64,000 nucleotides of DNA from Armatimonadota bacterium (GTDB taxonomy: Bacteria; Armatimonadota; SYMT01). The notes under the pieces are model-generated. The model saw nothing but the letters and a program-made list of their open reading frames with translations. It was not told the origin of the DNA and did not search any database. Numbering within the stretch: the first letter of the stretch is position 1; each line of letters opens with the position of its first letter. Both the position numbers and the translations under genes were made by a program. The stretch covers positions 160,001 to 224,000 of the forward strand of contig JAWLHY010000003.1 in the NCBI GenBank assembly GCA_041690135.1. The letters run 5' to 3'. Of the stretch, positions 48,332 through 58,378 are shown in pieces.

Positions 48332-51310
48332 TTACCCCTGTGTCCTCGCCGGCTCTTTCGTTCCGATGGTCACCGCGGGTGCGCCGGCCCCGTGGCTCCC
48401 GTTCTTTCCGTTGCCGCCGTTCGGGTGATTGCCGTTGCTGCCGTTGCTCCCCTCGCTTCCACTGCTCCCAGGGGCCGCATCCGCCGCTAACTGCGTCGTG
48501 CGGCGACGCTGCTCCTGGTACTCGGTTTGCCAGGCCGAGGGCTGGTGGGTCTTGCGCACCTGGACGGCCGTGACCTTGTACTCGGGACAGTCGGTGGCCC
48601 AGTCGGTAAACTCGGTGGTGACCACGTTGGCCGCCGTCTTCGGGTGGTGGAAGGTGGTGTAGACGATCCCCGGCTGCATCCGGTCGGAGATCCGGGCGTG
48701 CAGGGTGGTTTCCCCGGCCCGGCTGCACAGCGCCACCAGGTCGCCGTCCTGGATGCCGCGCACTTCGGCGTCCCAGGGATGGATCTCCAGCACGTCCTCA
48801 CTGTGCCACACCTCGTTGGCGGTGCGGCGGGTCTGGGCCCCCACGTTGTACTGGGAGAGAATCCGGCCCGTGGTAAGCAGCAGCGGGAAGCGCGAGGTGG
48901 TCCGCTCTTCGGTGGGGACGTACTGGGTGATCATAAAGCGCCCCTTGCCGCGGACGAAACCGTCCACGTGCATCACGGGCGTGCCTTCCGGGGCCTGGTC
49001 GTTACAGGGCCACTGCACGCTGCCCAGGCGGTCCAGCTTCTCGTAGGTGACCCCGGCGAAGGTGGGGGTGAGCCGGGCGATTTCATCCATGATCTCGGAT
49101 GGATGCCGGTACTGCATCGGGTAGCCGAGGGCGTTGGAGAGCGCCATGGTGATCTCCCAGTCGGCCATCCCGTTGCGCGGCGGCATCACCTTCCGCACCC
49201 GGCCCAGGCGCCGCTCCGCGTTGGTGAAGGTGCCGTCCTTCTCCAGGAAGGAGGAGCCGGGCAGGAACACGTGCGCGAAGCCTGCCGTCTCGTTCAGGAA
49301 CAAGTCCTGGACGACCACGCACTCCATGGCGGACATGGCGGCGGTCACGTGGCGGGTGTTGGGATCGGACTGCACCACGTCTTCTCCCTGGACGTAGAGG
49401 CCCTTGAAGGTACCCGCCATCGCGGCATCGAACATGTTGGGGATGCGCAGGCCCGGCTCGCGCTCGAGCGGCACTCCCCACAGCGCCTCGAACGACTCCC
49501 GCACCGCCGTGTCGCTCACGTGACGGTAGCCGGGGAACTCGTGCGGGAAGGAGCCCATGTCGCAGGACCCCTGCACGTTGTTCTGGCCCCGCAGGGGGTT
49601 CACGCCGGTCCCCAGCTTGCCGATGTTGCCCGTAAGCATCGCCAGGTTGGCCATACCCATCACCATCGTGGAGCCCTGGCTGTGCTCCGTTACGCCCAGA
49701 CCGTAGTAGATGGCCGCGTTCCCGCCGGTGGCGTAAAGGCGGGCGGCGCCGCGCAGGTCGGCGGCGGGGACGCCGGTGATCGCTTCCATCGCCTCGGGCG
49801 AGTTGGCCGGGTCGGAGATGAAGGCGAGCCAGCGGTCGAACGCTTCCGCCTCGCACCGCTCCCGGATGAACTCCAGGTTGGCCAGCCCCTCGGTCACCAC
49901 CGTGTGGGCGATGGCGTTGATGGCGGCAACGTTGGTGCCGGGCCGGAGCGCCAGGTGGTAGTCCGCCCGGATGTGCGGCTGCTGCACCAGGTCGATCCGG
50001 CGGGGATCGATCACGATGAGGCGAGCCCCCGCGCGCAGACGGTGCTTCATGTGCGAGGCGAATACGGGGTGCGCGTCCGTAGGGTTGGCGCCGATGACCA
50101 CGATCACGTCGGCGTGATCCACCGAATCAAAATGCTGCGTGCCGGCGGAGGTGCCGAAGGTCGCCTTGAGGCCGTAGCCGGTGGGCGAGTGGCAGACCCG
50201 GGCGCAGGTGTCCACGTTGTTGTTGCCGAAGGCGGCGCGGACCAGCTTCTGGACCAGGTACGTCTCTTCGTTCGTGCAGCGGGAGGAGGTGATGCCCCCG
50301 ACCGCATCCCGGCCGTACTGCTCCTGGATGCGCCGGAACTCCGCGGCCGCGTAGCCGATGGCCTCTTCCCAGCTCACCTCCCGCCAGGGGTCCGTGATCT
50401 TCCGGCGGATCATGGGCTTGAGGATCCGCTCCCGGTGGGTGGCGTAGCCCCAGGCGAAGCGCCCCTTCACGCAGGAGTGCCCGTGGTTCGCCTGCCCGTC
50501 CTTGTACGGCACCATCCGCACCACTTCGTTGCTCTGCATCTCGGCCTTGAAGGTGCAGCCGACCCCGCAGTAGGCGCAGGTCGTGACGACGCTGTGCTCC
50601 GGCTGGCCCTTCTCGACGACGGACTTCTCGATGAGGGTAGCGGTCGGGCAGGCCTGCACGCAGGCGCCGCACGAGACGCACTCCGAGTTGAGGAACGGCT
50701 GCCCGCCGGGCGAGATCTTCGATTGGAAGCCCCGGCCGAGCACCGTGAGGGCGAAGGTCCCCTGTACTTCCTCGCAGGCGCGCACGCAGCGGGAGCAGAC
50801 GATGCACTTGGCGGGATCGAAGGTGAAGTAGGGGTTCGACTCGTCTTTCGGCTCTTCCAGGTGGTTGGCGCCGGCGTAGCCGTACCGCACTTCCCGCAGG
50901 CCCACCACCCCCGCCATATCTTGCAGCTCGCAGTCGCCGTTGGCGGGGCAGGTGAGACAATCGAGCGGGTGGTCGGAGATGTAGAGCTCCATCACGCCGC
51001 GGCGGAGGCGGGCGAGCCGTTCGGAGCGGGTGCGCACCTGCATGCCCGCCTCCACCGGCGTGGTGCAGGAAGCGGGAGTGCCGCGGCGACCTTCGATCTC
51101 GACCAGGCAAAGACGACAGGAACCGAACGGCTCCAGGCTATCGGTCGCACAGAGCTTCGGGATCTGCGTGCCGGCCACCATTGCCGCGCGCATCACCGAT
51201 GTGCCGGAAGGAACCGTCACCTCCTGGCCGTCGATGGAGAGCGTGACCCAGGCGCCGGGGACCGCTCCCCGGGGCGGGGTGCCGAAATCGGTTTCCTTAA
51301 TCAGCGTCAT
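48332..51310 (-). CDS. fdsA: NAD-dependent formate dehydrogenase alpha subunit (Mo-bisPGD, Cys-ligated)
   Basis: IPKLCATD..GSCRLC, HPLDCLTC, CIVCSRC, CAYCGVGC, CARVCHSP, RGQNNVQG. Confidence 0.96.
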   Translation of the reverse strand: MTLIKETDFGTPPRGAVPGAWVTLSIDGQEVTVPSGTSVMRAAMVAGTQIPKLCATDSLEPFGSCRLCLVEIEGRRGTPASCTTPVEAGMQVRTRSERLARLRRGVMELYISDHPLDCLTCPANGDCELQDMAGVVGLREVRYGYAGANHLEEPKDESNPYFTFDPAKCIVCSRCVRACEEVQGTFALTVLGRGFQSKISPGGQPFLNSECVSCGACVQACPTATLIEKSVVEKGQPEHSVVTTCAYCGVGCTFKAEMQSNEVVRMVPYKDGQANHGHSCVKGRFAWGYATHRERILKPMIRRKITDPWREVSWEEAIGYAAAEFRRIQEQYGRDAVGGITSSRCTNEETYLVQKLVRAAFGNNNVDTCARVCHSPTGYGLKATFGTSAGTQHFDSVDHADVIVVIGANPTDAHPVFASHMKHRLRAGARLIVIDPRRIDLVQQPHIRADYHLALRPGTNVAAINAIAHTVVTEGLANLEFIRERCEAEAFDRWLAFISDPANSPEAMEAITGVPAADLRGAARLYATGGNAAIYYGLGVTEHSQGSTMVMGMANLAMLTGNIGKLGTGVNPLRGQNNVQGSCDMGSFPHEFPGYRHVSDTAVRESFEALWGVPLEREPGLRIPNMFDAAMAGTFKGLYVQGEDVVQSDPNTRHVTAAMSAMECVVVQDLFLNETAGFAHVFLPGSSFLEKDGTFTNAERRLGRVRKVMPPRNGMADWEITMALSNALGYPMQYRHPSEIMDEIARLTPTFAGVTYEKLDRLGSVQWPCNDQAPEGTPVMHVDGFVRGKGRFMITQYVPTEERTTSRFPLLLTTGRILSQYNVGAQTRRTANEVWHSEDVLEIHPWDAEVRGIQDGDLVALCSRAGETTLHARISDRMQPGIVYTTFHHPKTAANVVTTEFTDWATDCPEYKVTAVQVRKTHQPSAWQTEYQEQRRRTTQLAADAAPGSSGSEGSNGSNGNHPNGGNGKNGSHGAGAPAVTIGTKEPARTQG

Positions 51311-51346
51311 TGCAGATTCCTCTCTCCCAGCCCGATCCGGACCCGG

Positions 51347-52897
51347 TCACGAGACCGGCCGGGAGAAGTCTTCCGGAAAATGGCGGACGGCGCTCCGCAC
51401 GGGAAGGGGGGTGAGCCCTCCGAGGGCGCAGAGCGACGCATCGGTCATAACCTCACAGAGATCCTCGAGCAGCACAAGGTTTCGCTCGCGTTCCCGGCCG
51501 GCCATGATGTGTTCGATCACCTCCACGCCCCGCGTCGAGCCGATGCGGCAGGGGGTGCACTTGCCGCAGCTCTCCGCGGCGCAGAACTCCATGGCGAACC
51601 GGGCCTGCCGCGCCAGGTCCACGGTGTCGTCGAAGACGACGATACCGCCGTGCCCCAGCAGACCGCCCCGGGCGGCGAACGCCTCGTAATCCAGCGGCGT
51701 GTCGAGCAGCTCTTCCGGGAAGTACGCGCCGAGCGGTCCCCCCACCTGCACGGCTCGGAACGGGCGCCCAGAGGCGGTGCCGCCGCCATACTCGAAGATC
51801 GCCTCCCGCAGCGTGAGGCCGAACGCCTTCTCCACCAGGCCCCCGCGGCGGAGGTTGCCGGCGAGCTGGAACGGCATCGTCCCGCGGGAGCGCCCCATCC
51901 CGAAATCGGCGTAGAACTCCGCGCCCCGGTCCAGGATGATCGGGACGGTCGCCAGGGAGAGCACGTTGTTGACCACAGTCGGCCGGCCGAAGAGGCCCTG
52001 GATGGCGGGCAACGGCGGCTTGAACCGGATCGTGCCCCGCTTCCCTTCCAGGCTCTCCAGCAGGGAGGTCTCCTCGCCGCAGATGTAGGCCCCCGCCCCG
52101 AGCCGCACGTCGATCTCGAAGCGGTGCTCGCTGCCACGGATCCCGTCGCCCAGCCAGCCGGCCGCGCGCGCCGCTTCCACCGCCTGCCGGAACGCGGCGA
52201 AGGCGTGGGGGTATTCGGACCGGATGTAGACGTACCCCTGCTCCGCCCCGACGGCCAGCCCGGCGATGACCATCCCCTCGATCAGGCTGAACGGGTCGCC
52301 TTCCATCAGCATGCGGTCCGCAAAGGTGCCGCTGTCGCCTTCGTCCGCATTGCAGACGATGTACTTGGGCCCTTCGGGCTGCTGGAGCACGGTCCGCCAC
52401 TTGATGCCCGTGGGGAAGCCCGCCCCGCCGCGCCCGCGCAGCCCGGACCGGGTAACTTCCTCGACGATTTCTGCGGAAGAAAGGGAGAGCGCCCGGTCCA
52501 ACCCCCGCAGGCCGCCATGGGCCACGTAGTCCTCGACCGAAAGCGGGTCCGTCACGCCGCAGCGGGCGAACGTCAACCGCTCCTGGCACTGGAGGTAGGG
52601 AATCTCTTCCGTCGGCCCCAGGTAGAGCGAGGCGGCGGTTCCTCCGGGACGGGTCTCCGGGAAGCCGCCCGCGAAAAGGGCGGGCACGTCTTCCGGCCGC
52701 ACGGGCCCGTAGGCGATCCGCCCCGCGTCCGTTTCCACTTCGACCAGCGGCTCGAGCCAGAAGAGGCCCCGGGAGCCGTTCCGCACGAGCTGGATTTCCC
52801 GGCCCGCCGCCGCGGCCTCGCGGGCGATGGCGGCCGCCACGGCCTCGGCGCCCACGGAGAGCGCGGCGGCATCGCGGGGAACGAACACCCGGATCAT
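51347..52897 (-). CDS. fdsB: Formate dehydrogenase beta subunit (NuoF-like, FMN/NADH)
   Basis: SGLRGRGGAGFPTG, CNADEGDSGTFADR, YICGEETSL, ESCGKCTPCR, SLCALG. Confidence 0.95.
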   Translation of the reverse strand: MIRVFVPRDAAALSVGAEAVAAAIAREAAAAGREIQLVRNGSRGLFWLEPLVEVETDAGRIAYGPVRPEDVPALFAGGFPETRPGGTAASLYLGPTEEIPYLQCQERLTFARCGVTDPLSVEDYVAHGGLRGLDRALSLSSAEIVEEVTRSGLRGRGGAGFPTGIKWRTVLQQPEGPKYIVCNADEGDSGTFADRMLMEGDPFSLIEGMVIAGLAVGAEQGYVYIRSEYPHAFAAFRQAVEAARAAGWLGDGIRGSEHRFEIDVRLGAGAYICGEETSLLESLEGKRGTIRFKPPLPAIQGLFGRPTVVNNVLSLATVPIILDRGAEFYADFGMGRSRGTMPFQLAGNLRRGGLVEKAFGLTLREAIFEYGGGTASGRPFRAVQVGGPLGAYFPEELLDTPLDYEAFAARGGLLGHGGIVVFDDTVDLARQARFAMEFCAAESCGKCTPCRIGSTRGVEVIEHIMAGRERERNLVLLEDLCEVMTDASLCALGGLTPLPVRSAVRHFPEDFSRPVS

Positions 52898-53400
52898 GCT
52901 TCGGCCCTCACTTCCCGGACCAGGGCGTCCGCGCGCTCGGGGGAGACCCGCCCGTAAAGCTGGTGGTCCAGCAGCACCGCCGGGGAGAGCGCGCAGTTGC
53001 CCAGGCAGTAGACCGTTTCCAGGGTGAGGGCGCCGTCCGGCGTGGTCTCGCCCATAGCGATCCCCAGGCGCTCCTGCAGGTGCGCGACTAGCGCCTCGCA
53101 GCCCATCGACTGGCACGCCTCCGCCCGGCAGACTTTCAGCACGTGCCGGCCGGCGGGCTCCCGGCGGAAATCGTGGTAGAACTCGATCACCCCCACGACC
53201 TCGGCCCGGGAAAGGACCAGGGCGTCCGCGATCAACGGCACGGCCGGATCGGGAATGTAGCCGAACGCCTCCTGCAGGGCATGAAGCATCGGCAGCGCCG
53301 CCCCCGGCACCGCCTTCCAGGCCGCGATGATCTCCTGTGCCCGCGCCGGGTCCCACTCGCCGGCCGCTTCCGGGCTCCGGCCGTTAACGGACATCGGCAC
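52894..53400 (-). CDS. fdsG: Formate dehydrogenase gamma subunit (NuoE-like 2Fe-2S)
   Basis: LHALQEAFGYI, FYHDFR, CRAEAC, CLGNC. Confidence 0.95.
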   Translation of the reverse strand: MPMSVNGRSPEAAGEWDPARAQEIIAAWKAVPGAALPMLHALQEAFGYIPDPAVPLIADALVLSRAEVVGVIEFYHDFRREPAGRHVLKVCRAEACQSMGCEALVAHLQERLGIAMGETTPDGALTLETVYCLGNCALSPAVLLDHQLYGRVSPERADALVREVRAEA

Positions 53401-53489
53401 ACCTCACTCGAAAGCCCCCTTGCTTCCGCACTTCCCACTGCTGTCTCACCGCTACTGCCTCACGCTTCCTTGCGTCCTGCCGTAATGGG

Positions 53490-54317
53490 TCATCCCGGAG
53501 AGTTTTGAGGATGCTCTATCCGCTCCGGGTGACTGTAAAGATTGAACCGTTCCGCCCGGACCCACCCCACCAGCGTGATCCCGAAGCGCTCCGCCAGTTG
53601 GACGGCCAGGCTGGACGGCGCCCCCACGGAGGCCACCACCGGAAAGCCCCACACCAGCGCCTTCTGGAGCAGTTCGAAGCTGGCCCGCCCGCTCAACAGC
53701 AGGATCGGCTCCGCCGGCGCCGGGGCTTCCCCCAGGAAGAGCGCCCCAATCAGCTTGTCCAGGGCATTGTGTCTACCTACATCTTCGCGCACGAGCCGCA
53801 GACCCCCTTCCCGATCGAAAAGAGCCGCGGCGTGCAGACCGCCCGTGAGGTCGAAAGTAGGCTGGGCGGCGCGGAGGGTTTCCGGCAGGTTCATCAACAC
53901 CTCCGGCGCGACCCGGTACCCCACGGGCAGCGATGGGTGGTCCACCGCAACCTCCAGCGCTTCCAGCGAGCTCTTGCCGCAGACCCCGCAACTGGAGGTG
54001 GTGTAGAAGTGGCGCTGGAGCCGGCCGAGATCCACCTCCACCTCGGGACGCAGCTCGACCCGGACCCCGTTCGGCGAACCTGCGTCGCCTTCGGAGCCGT
54101 CGCCGCCGCGGATCTCCAGCAGCTCGTCCCGGCTCTGGACGATCCCTTCCGTGAAGAGGAACCCCGCCGCCAGCTCGCGGTCATGACCGGGAGTCCGCAT
54201 GGTCAGCGACACCGGACGGCGGCTGCGGGCGTTCAGCGGCCCGTAGCCGAGCCGGATCTCCAGCGGCTCCTCGACGGCCAGCACGTCCTCGAAGGCGCGG
54301 CGGCAGCCCCGCTCCAC
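53490..54317 (-). CDS. fdhD: Formate dehydrogenase accessory sulfurtransferase FdhD (FdsC)
   Basis: AVEEPLEI, TMRTPG, SSCGVCGK, TGGLHAA, EDVGRHNALDKLIG. The start may be CTG at 54371. Confidence 0.95.
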   Translation of the reverse strand: MERGCRRAFEDVLAVEEPLEIRLGYGPLNARSRRPVSLTMRTPGHDRELAAGFLFTEGIVQSRDELLEIRGGDGSEGDAGSPNGVRVELRPEVEVDLGRLQRHFYTTSSCGVCGKSSLEALEVAVDHPSLPVGYRVAPEVLMNLPETLRAAQPTFDLTGGLHAAALFDREGGLRLVREDVGRHNALDKLIGALFLGEAPAPAEPILLLSGRASFELLQKALVWGFPVVASVGAPSSLAVQLAERFGITLVGWVRAERFNLYSHPERIEHPQNSPG

Positions 54318-54457
54318 CCGGAGGACGGAACGGGCCAGGGTCGTCCGGTCTTGAGAAGCTGCGTCGCTCAGGATGACCTCACCAAACCTGGGGTATTCCG
54401 GCTATCCCCTTCCACTCCTACCATACCACAGGTTTGCAGCCGCTTCGACGGCGTGGG

Positions 54458-55423
54458 TCAACGCGCCTGGGGCACGTTGCGGTATTTGGCGTGGCAACCG
54501 CCGCAGCCCGCGGCGATCTTACCCAGCGCCATGCTGGCGGCTTCCAGGCGACCGGCCCGGAGGTTGGCCTCCAGCGCCTTGCCTTCCCGCTCCCCCTCCG
54601 TCATCCAGTTCCGGTAGTCGGTGGGATGCTTCCGGACCTCCTCGGTGCGGTTGAGCTCGGTGTAAAGTTCCTGGAGTTGCAGCGCTTCGTAGGCGGCGTC
54701 GGTACCCGGCTGGGCCTTCCAACCCGCCTTCTGGAGCTTCAGCAGCGTATCGAACCGCTTTTCGATCTGCACCATCGCCTCCACCAGCTGGGGCGTGGGG
54801 GCAATCTCCCGGAACTCGACCTTCAGCCGGTCCAACTCTTCCCGGGTGGGCGGATGGTAGGCGCGCACGTCCCCATAGAGCCCAATGTAGTTCTTGCCCG
54901 TACCGGCCCTCTCCAGTTCTTGCACCGCCTGTTCGTTGGGGATCCCGTCCAGGGCGATCCGGGCAAAGGCCGCCCCCGCCGGGCTCCGGTGCTTGCCGTG
55001 GTGGCAGTGCAGGTAGACCGGCCCCGGAAGGTCGCGGACCGCCTTCACCAGCACGTTGGCGGTCGGCGTGGGGCACCCGTCGTAACCGAAGGGGACGTGG
55101 ACGTACCGCATCCCGTACTTCCGGGCCGTTTTCACGTCCGGCTTCTCGCCGTCCACGGTGATGATCGTCTTGACCCCCAGCCGCTGGAGCACCTGGAAAC
55201 CTTCCTCCCCAACCGGCACGCCGCCCGAATAGAGTTTCTCGGAGAGCCGGATCACGTTATGCAGCGCGGAATAGTCCACCGGCTTCTGCCCAACCGGCAG
55301 CGGCCCGGCGGGGAGGTCGGCGGCGAGGGAAAGCGCGGCGCAGAGCAGCAGCATGCAGGTGAGCGTGGCGAACGTCGCGTATGTCGCGGTAGTCGGGCGG
55401 CGCTCCCGGAAGCGAAACAGCAT
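54458..55423 (-). CDS. Exported PTP/DUF442-like phosphatase-fold protein fused to a C-terminal class II cytochrome c domain
   Basis: Signal peptide; GVKTIITVDG; P-loop HCHHGKHRS (CX5R); terminal CGGCHAKYR heme motif. Confidence 0.8.
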   Translation of the reverse strand: MLFRFRERRPTTATYATFATLTCMLLLCAALSLAADLPAGPLPVGQKPVDYSALHNVIRLSEKLYSGGVPVGEEGFQVLQRLGVKTIITVDGEKPDVKTARKYGMRYVHVPFGYDGCPTPTANVLVKAVRDLPGPVYLHCHHGKHRSPAGAAFARIALDGIPNEQAVQELERAGTGKNYIGLYGDVRAYHPPTREELDRLKVEFREIAPTPQLVEAMVQIEKRFDTLLKLQKAGWKAQPGTDAAYEALQLQELYTELNRTEEVRKHPTDYRNWMTEGEREGKALEANLRAGRLEAASMALGKIAAGCGGCHAKYRNVPQAR

Positions 55424-55573
55424 CAAGATCTCACAGGGGGCGGAAAGTGGCAGCCATCCAGCCGTGTGAACAGCGTGCGAAAAGTACTACCGTTGCCGGC
55501 AGTAGAGTATACGAGAACAGCAAGCGAGAGGTTACGTAGGCTTCGCGGATCAGGATGAGGATTGGGGGAGTTT

Positions 55574-55686
55574 GACACGGAAGCCACGGATCGGACGGAT
55601 CGCCACGGATTTGACCGAAGGATGGGGCATGCTTTAGGCCACTGTCATCCGGGATGCTGTAGGGGAAGTGCCGCTGTCCCTTCCCC
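55574..55686 (+). repeat. Composite repeat family B copy 1 (9-mer ACGGAT run + GTAG hairpin)
   Basis: Same layout as 62444-62549. Confidence 0.7.
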
Positions 55687-55768
55687 AAGCCGTGAACAAG
55701 CACCCGTTGACCCACCGTGCGTGCCCCTTGTCGGTGAAAACCGGTGTGGGCAGTTCGGAAAGCGGCGG

Positions 55769-56035
55769 TTACCACCAGTAGGCCCGCACCACCCCCAGAT
55801 CCAGCCGCTGCATGCGACTTCCGGCCCAGGTGTCGCCATCGGGAATTCGGCTCACCGCAAAGGAGCACTCCCACAACCTCGCCCGGGTGGGGTCGAGGGC
55901 CGGCACCACCCACACCCAACGGGCGGGGCGATGCCGGGCAAGAATTGCACCGGCACCGCCCACCATCCCCATAGCCAGGACTGCACCCCAGACCCATGCG
56001 GTTCCCACGCGCCTCGTCCCGTCCTTGCCATGCAC
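55769..56035 (-). CDS. Small hypothetical membrane protein
   Basis: GGAGG before GTG; one hydrophobic helix; co-oriented downstream of the prepilin gene. Confidence 0.35.
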   Translation of the reverse strand: MHGKDGTRRVGTAWVWGAVLAMGMVGGAGAILARHRPARWVWVVPALDPTRARLWECSFAVSRIPDGDTWAGSRMQRLDLGVVRAYWW

Positions 56036-56138
56036 CTCCGGCCTCCCTTCCCTATCCCCCTCTTCCCTTCTTCCCTCTCTTTGCGGCTTTGCGTCCCATA
56101 CGGGGCGTATGCCTTGGCGCGAGACCCTACGGGAGCAG

Positions 56139-56816
56139 TTACTGCCGCGGATCGTAGGCGCCGGACCAGACCTGCGGGCGAGGCGGGTTGTTCCAGGTAC
56201 GCGACCACTGGACCCACTTGGCGTGGCCGTCGCAGTAGCTCACGTTGAAGCCGCCCTGGTGCCGGTAGAGCGCCAGTTCCTTCGTTTCGTTCTTCGCGGC
56301 GTCCCAGGTCATGTTCTGCATGAAGCCGCTGGTCCGCTCCGCGGGAGATCCCCAGTAGAACGGGTGGAAGTGGTCACGGTCGATGTTCTCCGCGCTTTCC
56401 GCCAGGTAGATCACGCTGGCCGGGCTCTGGATGGCGGCCAGGGTGCCGTAGCTGTTGGCGCCGGCCATCCAGGCATTGAGGAAATAGGAGGAGCGGCGCG
56501 GGTTGGTGGGGGAGGTCCAGGTGGTGCTGGTGTCGCTGGGGCAGCGCAGCATCTGCCGATTCTTGATGTACGGCTGAACCGTGTCCGTCCAGGAGTTGCT
56601 CGGCATGGGGTAGGTGGTCAGGGGCAGGGACTCGTCATAGTCTTGCGTGTACTGCATGAACGCCATACCGATCTGACGGCAGTTGGAGAGGCACGAAGTA
56701 CCGCGCGCTTTGTCGCGCGCCTGGGCGAAGACGGGGAATAGGATCGCGGCCAGGATGGAGATAATCGCGATCACGACGAGCAATTCGATCAAGGTGAAAC
56801 CACGACGACGGGTCAT
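56139..56816 (-). CDS. DUF1559 prepilin/H-X9-DG protein
   Basis: [19 protein letters not shown]; DHFHPFYW; [15 protein letters not shown]. Confidence 0.93.
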   Translation of the reverse strand: MTRRRGFTLIELLVVIAIISILAAILFPVFAQARDKARGTSCLSNCRQIGMAFMQYTQDYDESLPLTTYPMPSNSWTDTVQPYIKNRQMLRCPSDTSTTWTSPTNPRRSSYFLNAWMAGANSYGTLAAIQSPASVIYLAESAENIDRDHFHPFYWGSPAERTSGFMQNMTWDAAKNETKELALYRHQGGFNVSYCDGHAKWVQWSRTWNNPPRPQVWSGAYDPRQ

Positions 56817-57424
56817 GGAAGTCGCTCCGTAACTGGACGTGGACACGACGCCGGAGGTCTCCCGACCGGGGAGAACCGTCTCAACGGCCTTGCGTCCGAT
56901 CTCGTTGAAGCACCGCGCGCTCCCGAGGGTCCACATCAAAGACCCATGTGAATGAAGCACGCCCGCTGACCCTCGGCCGGTAGACGCACAGCGGGCTCAC
57001 AAGTCACTCGGAGTGGAGACAAGGGCGACGCAGCGTCGTTCGGCGGAGATCAACGGTGTCGGTGAGCGGCAGACCAGAGGATTGCAAAAACCATCAGCGT
57101 TGCCCCTAAAAACCTCACCCCCCCAGCCCCCTCTCCGACCCAGAGAGGGGGAGCCCGTATCCAAAGCGGGTTCGATTTGGCGGTGGCGTAGCGATTCCTC
57201 GCCTGCTCTATAGCAGGGGACCTCGCGAGTTAGATTTAGCTCCCTGAACGCCGCGCTTCCAAGGGGTTATGGGAGTAACTGAGCAGACCCGATCCGACCC
57301 TGCGCCGCGCTAACCCCGCAGGGGTTTCACTTTGCAGTAGCCTCGGAATTCCATTCCGTGGCGGGCGGTGGTGACCCGCATCCGCCAGGGATTCTGGAGC
57401 CATTCAGTTGCTCACACGCACCCC

Positions 57425-57841
57425 TTAACCGAGGCCCGTCAGGCGGGGAGGTGGAGTCAGGGCGCCGGGGAAGCCGGCCAGGGCTCGCTGGTCGCCCGTG
57501 GAGTAAGCCACACCGGTGAACGGCGGGGCCGGAGCAGGCGAAGCGGTGGTCGGCAGGGCGAGCGGCTGCCAGCCGAAGGTGGCGAGCACCTCGGGGGCCG
57601 TACCGCCGTCGCACGGAAGCTGGGTGAACCGGCACCCTTCCTCTCCGTGACCGTCGGCGCAGCAGCAGTCTTTCACCTGGTGGACGTCGGCGCGGCAGGA
57701 GCAGGTGTGCTCTCGCTCGACGGCGCACGCCAGGGGGACGGAAGGCGCGGGGAGCAGCGGCAGCACCATACCGACGATGCCATAAGCGAGCATCGCCAGG
57801 AGGGCCAACCAGAGAGTTCCACGCTGCCTTCTGCGTATCAC
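57425..57841 (-). CDS. Cys/His-rich small exported protein (DUF2946-like architecture)
   Basis: TM/signal segment, CSC..DCCC..C..PC cluster, C-terminal TPPPR; TATAAT 6 nt before GTG. Confidence 0.65.
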   Translation of the reverse strand: MIRRRQRGTLWLALLAMLAYGIVGMVLPLLPAPSVPLACAVEREHTCSCRADVHQVKDCCCADGHGEEGCRFTQLPCDGGTAPEVLATFGWQPLALPTTASPAPAPPFTGVAYSTGDQRALAGFPGALTPPPRLTGLG

Positions 57842-58082
57842 AAGCGGATTATACCTGAGAGATCCCGCTTATCCCAATAATGTTTCGTCGAGGACGGGAG
57901 CTTTCCTGTTGCTTCTGCTGCTGGATTACCCTCTGACGAAGGGGGAAGTGAAGGGTTCGTTGCGAGAATATGGAAAATATGGACAGCCTGGCAGGAATTC
58001 ACCTGCCAGGTCGGGAATTTGAGATCGGCGGACGGGGATCGGCTCCGGTCCGTAGTCATCGTTCGAGAGGAAGACAGCCACT

Positions 58083-58307
58083 GTGGCCTGCAAATTCTTT
58101 CGCCGCTCCTACCCCATTCTGATGCTCAGTTCCCTGCTGCTCGTGGGCTGTGGGTCCGATCCCGGAACTCCCACCACGCCGCAGGAGGCCACGCAGCAAG
58201 ATGCGCTGACGCAGCAGGGTGCGCAAAACGCCAATGCACCTACTGCGGCTGAGTCGTCCCAGGATGCCTTGACGCGCCAGGGGCAGGGCGCCTCCGGCGG
58301 AAACTGA
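58083..58307 (+). CDS. Small lipoprotein
   Basis: GAGGA RBS; lipobox LVGC; duplicated QDALTxQG. Confidence 0.7.
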   Translation: MACKFFRRSYPILMLSSLLLVGCGSDPGTPTTPQEATQQDALTQQGAQNANAPTAAESSQDALTRQGQGASGGN

Positions 58308-58378
58308 CCGCACTTACCCGCGGGAGGGGTGCTCGCAACAGCGCACCAGCACCCTTTTAGGACAAAGGAGACTCTTCC

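Noticed and set aside
48527-52957. 1476-aa plus-strand ORF
   Set aside because: Antisense shadow of fdsA/fdsB caused by high-GC codon bias; no motifs.
56817-57424. Possible cobalamin or other riboswitch upstream of the prepilin gene
   Set aside because: No conserved riboswitch core recognised; the region contains common palindromic repeats (57113-57156, 57338-57365).
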